From the NCBI RefSeq assembly GCF_009914755.1, contig NC_060939.1: DNA of 64,000 nt, one strand, 5' to 3'. Numbering within the stretch: the first letter of the stretch is position 1; every line of letters begins with the position of its first letter. The DNA comes from the human T2T-CHM13v2.0 reference genome, Homo sapiens. Below, in pieces: positions 25,474 through 61,797 of this stretch. The notes beneath the pieces were generated by a model. That model saw only the letters and a list, made by a program, of their open reading frames with translations, did not search any database and was not told where the DNA came from. Made by a program: the position numbers and the translations under genes.

Positions 25474-28400
25474 TCCACTCCACTGAATGCCATTCTTTCG
25501 CATTCCATTTCACTCCATTCCACTCCACTCCACTCCACTCCACCCCACTCCATTCCATTCCATTCCATTCCGTTCCATCCCACTCCATTCCATTCCATTC
25601 ATTTCTTTCGACAAGGATCTCCCTCTGTAACCCAGGCTGCAAGGCAGTGGCAAAATCTCAGCTCACGTTTCATTTCACCATTCCATTCCATTACATTACA
25701 TGCCATTCCTTTCCATTCAATCCATTCAACTCCACTCCACTTCACTGCACTCCATTCCATTCCATCAGATTCCAGTTTTCTCCATTCCACTCCACTCCAA
25801 TCAAGTCCACTCGACTCCACTTCACTCCATTCCATTCCATCCCATTGCATTCAACTCCACTCCACTCCACTCCTTTCTTTTCACAGTATCTCACCCTGTC
25901 AACCAGTCTGGAGTGAAGTGGCACAATCTCAGCTCACATTTCATTTCACCATTCCATTCTACTCCATTCCACTCAATTCCATTCCATTTCATTCCATTCA
26001 ATTCCATTCCACTCCATTCCATTCCACTACACTGCACTTCACTCCACTAAACTCCATTCCAATGCATCCCACTCCATTCCACTACATTGCATTCCACTAC
26101 ACTCTACTCCATTCCCTTCCATTACATCCCATTGCATTCAACTCCATTGCACTCCACTCCACTCCACTCCACTCCACTCCCTTCCATTCCATTCCATCCC
26201 ACACCACTACATTCCATTCCATTCCATTCTTTCGACAGGATCTCACTCTGTCGCCCAGGCTGGAGTGCAGTGGAGCAATCTCAGCTGACATTTCACTTCA
26301 CCATTCCATTGCATTCCATTCCATTCCATTCCATTCCATTCCATAACATTCCACTGCACTCCACTCAACTCCACTCCACTTCATTCCATACAACTCCATT
26401 CCATTTCATTCCATTTAATCCACTCCATCCCCCTCCAGTCCACTCCACTCCATCCCAAACCATCACATTCCATTCCACTCCATTCCACTCCAATACACTC
26501 CACTCCAGTCTAGTCCACTACATTCCAATCCACCTTAATCCATCCCATGATATTCCACTCCATTCCCCTCCACTCCACTCCACTCCACTCCACTTCTCTC
26601 CACTCCACTCCACTCCATTCTATTCTATTCCATTCCACTCCATTCCATTCCATTCATTTCTTTTGACAGGATCTCACTGTGTAACCCAGGCTGGAGTGCA
26701 GCGCCACTATCTCAGCTCACATTTCATTTCACCATTCCATTTCATTCCATTCCATTCCATTCCATTCCATTCCATTACATTACATTCCACTACACTACAC
26801 TCCATTCCATTCCATTCCATTCCACTCCATTCCAGTCCACTCAACTCCACACCACTCCACTCCACTCCACTCCATTCCATTGAATCCCATTCTATTCCAC
26901 TCCATTCCACTCCACTCCACTCCACTCCAATCCACTCTACTCCACTCCATTCCATTCTATTCCATTCCATCCCATTCCATTCCACAGCATTCCACTCCAC
27001 TCCAATAAACTCTACTCCAATCCACTCCATTCCATTCCATTAAACTCCATTCCATTCCATACCTTTCTTTCGACAGGATCTCACTCTGTCACACAGGCTG
27101 GAGTGCAGTGGCACAATCTCAGCTCCCATTTCATTTCACCATTCCATTCCATTCTATTCCATTTCATTCCATTCCACTGCACTCCACTCCATTTCTTTCA
27201 TTCCACTCCACTCCATTCCATTCAACTCCATCCCATTGCATTCCCCTCCGTTCCCCTCCACTCCACTTCAGTCCACTCGAGTCCACTCCACTTCACTCCA
27301 TTGCACTCCACGCCATTCCATTCCATTGCACTCAATTCTGTTCCATTCCGTTCTTTCGAAAGGATCTCACTCTGTCTCCCAGGCTGGAGTGCAGTGGCAC
27401 AATCTCAGCTCACATTTCATTACACCATTCCATTCCACTGCATTCCATTCCATTCCGTTCCATTCCATTCCACTCCACTCCAACGCATCCATTCCACTCC
27501 ATTCCATTCCATTCCACTCCACTCCACAGCACTCCACTAAATTCCATCTGGTTCCTTTAGACTCCATTCCACTCAACTCCACTCCACTTCACTCCACTCC
27601 ATTCCATTCCATTCCGTTATACTCCAATCAATTCCATTCCTTTCTTTTGACAGAATCTCACTCTGTCACCCAGGCTGGAATGCAGTGAAACAATTTCAGT
27701 TCACATTTCATTTCACCATTCCATTCCATTCCATTAAATTCCATTCCATTCCATTCTATTCCACTCCACTCCACTTCACTCCATTCCATCCCATTCCATT
27801 CCACTCCATTCCACTCCTCTACAATCCATTCCATTCCACTCCATTCCCCTCCACTCCACTCCTCTCCACTCTAATCCACTCCATTCCACTCCATTCCATT
27901 CCATTCCTCTCCATTCTGTTCCATTCCTTTCTTTGGACAGGATCTCACTCTGTCCCCCAGGTTGGAGTGCAGTGGCACAATCTCAGCTCACATTGCGTTT
28001 CGCCATTACATTCCACTGCATTCCATTCCATTCCATTCCATTCCATTTCATTCCATTCCATTCCACTCCACTATATCCATTCCACTCCATTACATTACAT
28101 TCCACTCCACTCCAGTCCACTCCATTCAACTCCACGCCACTCCACTCCATGTCATTCCATACCATTACATTCCACTCCATTCCACTCCACTCCACTCCAC
28201 TCCATTCCATTCCATTCTACTCCATTCCATTCCATTCCTTTATTTTAACAGATTCTCACTCTGTCACCAAGGCTGGAGTGTAGTAACACTATTTCAGTTC
28301 ACATTTCATTTCACCATTCCAATCCATTCCATTCCATTCCATTCCATTCCATTCCGTTCCGTTCCGTTCCGTTCCGTTCCATTCCATTCCATTCCGTTCA

Positions 28401-31400
28401 ATTCCATTCCATTCCATTCAATTCCATTCCACTCCACTCCACTCCACTCCACTCCATTCCATCCCATACCATTATATTCCACTCCGTCCCACTCCACTTC
28501 ACTCCATTCCAGTCCATTCTACTCCATTCCATTCCATTCCTTTCTTTTAACAGAATCTCACTCTGTCACCAAGGCTGGAGTGCAGTAACACTATTTCAGT
28601 TCACATTTCATTTCACCATTCCAATCCATTCCATTCCATTCAATTCCATTCCTTTCCTTTCCATTCCGTTCAATTCCATTCCATTCCACTCCACTCCACT
28701 CCACTCCATTCCATCCCATTCCATTCAACTCACTTCCACTCCAGTCCACTCCACACCACTCCACTCCATTCCATTCCATCCTATTCCATTCCACTCCATT
28801 GCACTCCACTTCACTCCACTACCCTCCACTCCATTCAATTCCACTCTAAACCATTCCATTCCACTCCACTCCACTCCACTCCAGTCCACTACTCTCCACT
28901 CCATTCCATTCCATTCCACTCCACTCCATTCCATTCGTTTTCTTCGAACGGGTCTCACTCTATCACTGAGGCTGAAGTGCAGTGGCACAATCTCAGCTCA
29001 CATTTCATTTCACCATTCCATTGCATTCCATTCCATTCCATTTAATTACAATCCATACCACTCAACCCCACTCCATTCCACGCCATTCCATTACATTACA
29101 TTACATTTCAGTAAATTCCATTCCAGTCCACTCCACTCTGCTACATTCCATTCAATTTCATCCCATCCCATTCCACTCCATTCCATTCCTCTCCACTCTA
29201 CTCCACTCCACTCATCTCCATTCCATCCCACTCCATTCCATTCCATTCCTTTCTTTCGACAACATCTCACTCTGTCACCCAGGCTGGACTGCAGTCACAC
29301 AATCACAGCTCACATTTAATTTCACCATTCCATTCGATTCCATTCCATTCCATTGCACTCCACTGCACTCCACTGCACTCCACTCCATTCCATTCCACTC
29401 CACTCCACTCCACTCCATTCCAATCCATCCAATTACATTCCACTCCATTCCACAGCACTCCACTCCACTCTACTCCAATCCATTACATTCCCTTTCATCC
29501 CATTCCATTCCACTCCACTCCACTCCACTCCATTCAATTCTATTCCTTTCCATTCCACTCCATTCCATTCCATCACTTTCTTTTGACAGGTTCTCACTCT
29601 GTCACACAGGCTGGAGTACAGTGGCACAACCTGAGCTCACATTTCATTTCACCTTTCCATTCCATTCCACTCCAGTCCACTCAACTCCACTCCACTCCAT
29701 TCCCTTCCATTCCAATGCACTCCAATCCTCTCCTATCCTCTCCATTCCATCCAAATCCATTCCACTCCATTTCACTCCACTCCACTCCACTCCACTCCGA
29801 TACTTTCCATTACAACACATTACATTCCACTCCGTTCCACTCCACTCAACTCCACTGTATTGCATTCCATTCAATTCCAATACACTCCATTACACTACTT
29901 TCCTATCCTTCTACAGGATCTCACTCTGTCACCCAGGCTGGAGTGAAGTGGCACAATCTCAGCTCACATTTCATTTCACCATTACTTCCCATTCCATTCC
30001 GTTTCATTCCATTCTGATCTACTCCGTTCCACTGCACTACATTCCACTCCCTTCCACTACACTCCACTCAACTCCAGTCCACTCCACATCACTACACTCC
30101 ATCCCATTCCATTCCACTCCTTTCCATTCCACTGCACTCCACTCCATTCCATTACATTGCATCCCATTAGATTCCATTCCATGCCACACCATTCCACTCC
30201 ACTCCACTCCATTCCATTCCATCCCATTTCATTCCATTCCATTCCATTCCATTCCATTCCATTCCATTCCATCTCTTTCCTTTCCATTCCATTCCATCCA
30301 TTTCCATTCCATTCCATTCCATTCCATTCCATTCCATTCCATTCCATCCCATCCCATCCCATCCCATTCCATTCCATTCCATTCCATTCCATTCCATTCC
30401 ATTCCATTCCATTCCACTCCATCTCTTTCTATTCCCTTCCACACCATTCCATTCCCTTCTTTCGACAGGATCTCACTCTGTGACACAGGCTGGAGTGCAG
30501 TAGCACAATCTCATCTCACGTTTCATTTCACCATTCCATTCCACTCCATTCCACTCCACTCCACTCCACTTCACTCCACTCCACTCTAATCCACACCATT
30601 CCACTCCATTCCATTCCACTCCATTCGATTCCATTCCTTTCTTTGAGATGATCTCACTCTGTTACCCAGGCTGGAGAGCAGTGGCACAATTTCAGCTCAC
30701 ATTTCATTTCATGAGTCCATTCCATTCTATTCCATTCCATTCTACTCCACTCCACTCCATTCCATTCTATTCCACTCCATTCCATTCCATTCCACACCAT
30801 TCAATTCCATTCTACTCCATTCCATTCCATTCCTTTATTTCCACTGGGTTTCACTCTGTCATCCAGAGAGGAGTACAGTGGAACAATCTTAGTTCAAATT
30901 TCATTTCACCATTCCATTCCATTCCACTCCACTACACTCCAATCCTCTCAACTCCACTCCACTCAACTCCATTCTGTTCCATTCCATTCCAGTCCGTTGC
31001 ATTGTATTGCATTCCGTTCCATTCCATTCCTTTCCACTCCACTGCATACCATTCCACTCCATTCCACTCCAGTACACTCCAGTCCACTCCACTCCACTTC
31101 ACTCCATTCCACTCTACACCACTAAACTCCATCCACTCCATTCCCCTCCTTTCGATTCCATTCCATTCCATTCCATTCCACTGCACTCTGATCCACTCCA
31201 CTAAACTCCACTCCACTCCACTCCATCCCATTCCGTTCCATTCCGTTCTGTTCTGTTCCATTGCACTCCATTACATTCAACTCCACTCCCCTCCACTCCA
31301 CTCCATTACACTCCATTCCACTCCTTTCCACTCCACTCCACTCCATTCCATTCCACTCCACTCCACTCCATTTCACTCCATTCCACTCCATTCCATTACA

Positions 31401-34400
31401 CTCCATTACACTCCATTACACTCCACTCCTTTCCATGCCACCCCATTCCACTCCACTCCATTCCACTCCATTACACTCCATTACACTCCACTCCTTTCCC
31501 TGCCACCCCATTCCACTCCACTCCATTCCACTCCATTCAATTCCACTCCACTACAATCCATTCTATTTTACGCCATTCCATTCTGTTCCTTTGTTTCGAC
31601 TGGATCTCACTGTGTCACCCAGACTGGAGTACAGTGGCACAATCATAACTCACATTTCATTTCACCATTCCATTCTTTCCATTCCACTCCACTCCACTCC
31701 ACTCCACTCCACTCCATTTCACTCCATTCCACTTCATTCCATTCCACTCCATTCTGCTCCATTACACTCCACTCCATTCCGCTCCACTCCATTCCACTCC
31801 ACTCCATTCCATTCCACTCAACTCCATTCCATTCCATTCTACTCCATTCCATTCCATTCTTTTATTTCGACTGGATCTCACTGTGTCACCCAGAATGGAG
31901 TGCAGTGCACAATCTTAGCTCACATTTCATTTCACCATTCCATTCCGTTCCATTCCATTCCATTCCTTTCCATTCCACTCCACTCCATTCCAGTCCACTG
32001 CACTCCACTCCAATCCATTCCACTACATTCCTTTCCATTCCTTTCCATTCCATTCCATTCCATTCCATTCCACTCCACTCCATTCCACTCCACTGCACTC
32101 CACTCCAATCCATTCCACTACATTCCTTTCCATTCCATTCCTTTCCAATCCATGACAATCAGATCCACTTCACTCAAAACCACCACACCCCACTCCACTC
32201 CGTTCTGTTGCATTCCATTCCATTCCGTTCCATTCCATTCCATTCCATGCCATTTCATTCCATTCCACTCCACTCAATTACATTCCGCTCCATTCCACTG
32301 CACTCCGCTCCATTCAAGTTCCATTCCACTGCACTCTGGTCCACTCCACTCAGTTCCACTGCACTCCATTCCACTGCAGTCATTTCCATTCTGTTCCAAT
32401 CCTTTCCATTCCATTCTATTCAACTCCATTCCGTTCCATTCCACTCCTTTGTACTCCACTCCATTTCAATCGATTCCACTCCATTCCACTCCACTCCACT
32501 CCACTCCATTGCATTCCATTCCCTTCAACTCCATTCCATTCCACTCCATTCCATTCTACTCCATTCCACTGCATTCCACTCCATTTCCCTCCATTCCATT
32601 CCACTCCACTCCATTCCAATCAACTCCAATCCTTTCCTCAACATTCCATTCCACTTCACTCCATTGCATTCCATTCCACTCCATTCCATTGCATTCCTGT
32701 ATTTTGACTGGATCTCACTCTGTCACCCAGACTCGAGAGCTGTGGCACAATCTTAGCACACATTTCATTTCACCATTTCTTTCCATTCCATTCAATTGCA
32801 TTCCATTGTATTCCATTGCACTGAAATCCGATCCAATCCACTCAACTCCACTCAACTCCACTCCGTTCCGTTCCATTCCACTCCTTTCCATTCCATTGCA
32901 TTCTGTTCCATTTCATTCCATTCCATTCCACTGCATTCCATTCCACTCCATTCCACTCAACTCCGCTCCACGCTACTCTAATCCACTCTATTCCACTGCA
33001 CTCCAGTAAACTCCACTCCACTCCAGTCCTCTCGATTACTTTAAATTCCATTCCACTCCATTACACTGCAGTCTGATCCACTCCACTCAACTCTACTCCA
33101 CTCCACTCTGTTCCATTCCGTTCTGTTGCATTCTGCTCTGTTCCGTTGCATTCCACTCCATTCCATTACACTCCAATCCACTGCATTCCACTCCACTGCA
33201 CTCCAATCCACCCCACCCCACTCCATTCCACTCCTCTCCATTCCACTCCACTCCACTCAATTCCACTACACTCCTTTCCATTCCATTCCATTCCATTCCT
33301 TTCCATTCCACAGCAATCTGATCCACTCCACTCAACTCCATTCCACTCCACTCCATTCCATTCCATTCCATACCATTCTGTTCCATTCATTCCATTCTGT
33401 TCCTTTCCATTGCATTCCAATCCACTCCATTCCATTCCACTCTATTCCAGTCCACTCCACACCACTCCACTCCATTCCACTCCTATCCACTCCACCCCAC
33501 TCCACTCCACTCCTTTCAATTTCATTCCATTCCATTCCATTCCATTCCATTCCATTCCATTCCACAGCACTCTGATCCACTCCACTCAGTTCCACTCCAT
33601 TCCACTCCACTCCATTCCGTTCCATTCCATTCTGTTCTGGTACGTTCCATTCCGTTCCATTAAACTCCATTCCATTCCATTCCACTCCACTCCACTCCAT
33701 TTCACTCCATTCTACTCCATTCCACTTCCCTCCACTACAATCCACTCCAATACACTCCACTCCATTCCACTCCATTCCACTCCATTCATTCCATTCCAAT
33801 ACATTCCATTCCAATTCATTCCACTCCATTCCACTCCAGTCCACTCCATTCCATTCCACTCCACCGCATTCCACTCACTCCCCTCCACTCCATTCCACTG
33901 CACTCCATTCCACTCTATTTCTTCCACTCCACTCCATTCCATTTCATTCCATTCCACTCCATTCCACTCCACTCCAATCCACTCCCCTCCATTCCACTCC
34001 ACTCCATTCTATTCCACTCCATTCCATTCCACTCCACTCCATTCCATTATATTCTACTGTATTTCAATCCATTATTTTATTTCGACTATATCTCACTCTG
34101 TCTCCCAGACTAGAGTGCAGTGGCATAATCTTAGCTCACATTTCATTGCACGATTCCATTCCATTTCATTCAATTGCATTTCATTCCATTCTATTCCACT
34201 GCCATCCTATCCACTCCACTCAACTCCACTCCACTCCATTCCTTTGCATTCCATTCCATAGCATTCTGATCCTTTATATTCCATTCCACTCCACTCCATT
34301 CCATTCCACTCCATTCCACTCCACTCCACTCCACTAAACTGTAATCCATTCAATTCCTTTCCACTCCACTCCACTAAACTCCATTCCACTCCACTAAATT

Positions 34401-37400
34401 TCATTAAATTATTTTCCATTCCATTCCAAAGCATTCCCATCCATTCCACTCAATGCTACTCCACTCCACTCCTTTCCATTCCTTTCCACTCTGTGCAGTT
34501 CAGTTCCATTCCATTCCACTCCACACCACTCCACTCCTTTCCACTCCACTGCACTCCACTCCACTCCATTCCACTCCAATACACTGCACTCCACTCCATT
34601 CCACTACACTCCTTTCCATTCCATTCCTTTCCTTTCCTTTCCACGGCAATCCGATCCACTCCAGTCAACTCCACTCCACTCCACTCCTTTCCATTCCATT
34701 CCATTCCATTCTATTCCATTCCATCCCATTCCACTCCACTGCATTTCATTCCACTCCTTTCAACTACACTCCACTCCACTCGAATCCACTGCAATACATT
34801 CCATTCCATTCCATTCCATTCCATTCCATTCCATTCCATTCCATTCCATTTCATTCCACTGCACTCCGATCCACTCCTCTCAACTCCACTCAGCTCCATT
34901 CGATTCCATTCCGTTCCGGTCAGTTCCATTCTGTTCCACTCCACTCCATTTCATTCCACTCCACTCCACTCCACTTCACTCCATTAGACTCCACTCCATT
35001 GCGTTCCATTCCATTCCATTCCATTCCATTCCATTCCTTTCTGTTCCTTTCCATTCCATTCCACTCCACTACATTCCATTCCACTCCCTTCCACTCTACT
35101 GTACTCAACTCCACTCCAATCCACCCCACGCCACTCCCCTAAATTCCATTCTATTTCATTCCGTTGCATTCAATTTCATTCCACTGCATTCCGATCCGCT
35201 CCACCCTACTCCACTCCACTCCATTCCACTCCAATCTATTCCATTCCGTTCTGTTCCATTTCATTCCTTTCCATTCCGTTCCATTTCATTCCATTCCATT
35301 CCATTCCTTTCCACTCCACTCCATTCCTTTCCACTCCATTCCACTCCACTCCACTCCAGTCCACACCACTCCACTCCATTCTATTCCACTCCATTCCATT
35401 ACAATACACTGCACTTCATTGTCTTCCATTCTGTTCCATTCCATCACACTGCCCTCCATTCCATTCCACTACATTCCACTCCACTCTACTCCACTACATT
35501 TTATTGCACTCCATTCCATTATATTCCACTCCATTCCATTCCATTCCACTCCAATCCATGCCATTCCATTCCACTCTATTTCACTCCAATCCATGCCATT
35601 CCATTCCACTCCATTCCATTCCATTCCACTCAATTTCACTCCTTTCAATTATATTCAATTCTGCTCCATTCATTCCACTACACTACACTCCCCTCCATTC
35701 CACTCCATGCCACTCCACTCCATTCCACTCCATTCCATTCCACTCCACTCCATTCCATTCCATTCTACTCCATTCCATTCCATTCCTTTATTTCGACTGG
35801 ATCTAACTCTGTCACCGAGACTGGAGTGCAGTGGCACAATCTTAGCTCACATTTTATTTCATAGTTGCATTCCATTCCATTTCATTCCATTCCCTTCCAT
35901 TCCATTCCCCTTCACTCAAATCCACTCCACTAAACTCCACTCCACTCCGTTCTGTTCCGTTCCATTCTATTCCATTCCATTCCATTCCATTCCATTCCAT
36001 TCCATTCCACTCCACTCCATTCCATTCCACTCCACTCCACTCCATTCCATTCAATTCCATTCCACTGCACTCCGATCCCCTCCACTCAACTCCATTCCGA
36101 TCCACTCTGTCCCCTTCCATTCCATTCTCTTCCGTTCTGTTCCATTCCATTTCACTCCATTCCATTCCACTCCATTCCATTCCACTCCACTCCATTTCAC
36201 TATATTCCACTCCACTCCACTCCTCTACATTTCATTGCACTACATTCCATTATATTCCCCTCCATTCCATTCCTTTCCATTCAGCTCCAATGCATTGCAT
36301 TCCATTATATTCCCCTCCATTCCATTCCTTTCCATTCGGCTCCAATGTATTCCATTCCATTCCACTCCATTCCATTCCATTCCATTCCATTCCATTCCAT
36401 TCCATTCCATTCCATTCCACTCCATTCCATTCCATTTCATTCCACTCAATTCCACTCCATTCCATTCCACTCCATTCTGCTCCACTCATTCTGCTACACT
36501 ACACTCCCCTCCATTCCACTCCACTCCAACCCACTCCACTCCATTCCACTCCACTCCATTCCATTCCATTCCTTTATTTCGACTGGATCTACCTCTTTCA
36601 CCCAGACTGGGGTGCAGTGGCACAATCTTAACTCACATTTCATTTCTTCGTTGCATTCCATCCCGTTTCATTCCATTCCATTACATTACATTCGTTTCCA
36701 TTCCCCTGCACTCCGAACCACTCCACTCAACTCCACTCCACTCCACTCCGTTCTGTTCCATTCCATTCCGTTCCATTCCATTCCATTCCATTCAGTTCCA
36801 CTCCATTCCATTCCATTCAACTCCACTCCACTCCACTCCATTCTGTTCCATTCCATTCCCCTCCACTCCGATCCCCTCCACTCAACTCCATCCCACTCCA
36901 CTCTGCTCCGTTCAATTCCATTCCATTCTCTTCCATTCCATTCCATTCCATTCCATTCTATTCCATACCATTCCACTCCACTCCATTTCATTCCACTCTA
37001 TTCCACTTCTTTCCACTCCACTCCACTCCACTCTATTCCATTCCAGTCCATTCCATTGAATTCCACTGCACTCCAATCAACTCCACTCAACTCCACTCCA
37101 CTAGATTCCTTTAAGTCCCATTCCGTTCCTTTCCACTCCATTCCGTTCCATTCAACTCCATTCCATTCCATTCCACTGCATTCCACTACACTCTATTTCA
37201 CTCCATTCCACTCCACTCCACTCCACTCCAATCCATTCCAATTCATTCCATTCCTTTCCATTCCACTGCACTCTGATACACTCCACTCAACTCCACTCTA
37301 CTCCCCTGTACTCCATTCTGTTCCACTCCTTTCCATTCCATTCCGTTCCATTCCACTCCACTCCATTGCATTCCACTCCTTACCACTCTAATCCACTCCA

Positions 37401-37414
37401 CTCTTCTCCACTCC
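25474..37414 (+). repeat. HSat3-like (CATTC/CACTC)n satellite with ~23 interspersed copies of one ~60-bp AluJ-like fragment (composite satellite)
   Basis: Degenerate CATTC/CACTC pentamers are interrupted by TTTCTTTCGACAGGATCTCACTCTGTCACCCAGGCTGGAGTGCAGTGGCACAATCTCAGCTCACATTTCATTTCACC. Copies start near 25602, 25873, 26227, 26657, 27063, 27351, 27640, 27927, 28237, 28540, 28936, 29248, 29576, 29903, 30455, 30636, 30832, 31588, 31860, 32696, 34075, 35785 and 36570. Confidence 0.93.

Positions 37415-61797
<24,383 letters not shown>

Noticed and set aside
25602-36648. Repeat-spacer pattern superficially like a CRISPR array
   Set aside because: The repeat is Alu-derived, the spacers are variable-length pentamer satellite, there are no cas genes, and the DNA is primate.
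25460-37391. Long ORFs of up to 702 aa (HSIPF/HSTPL repeats on +, MEWNG/VEWSG repeats on -)
   Set aside because: Pure CATTC/CACTC pentamers contain no stop codons in any frame, so overlapping ORFs in all frames are an expected artefact.
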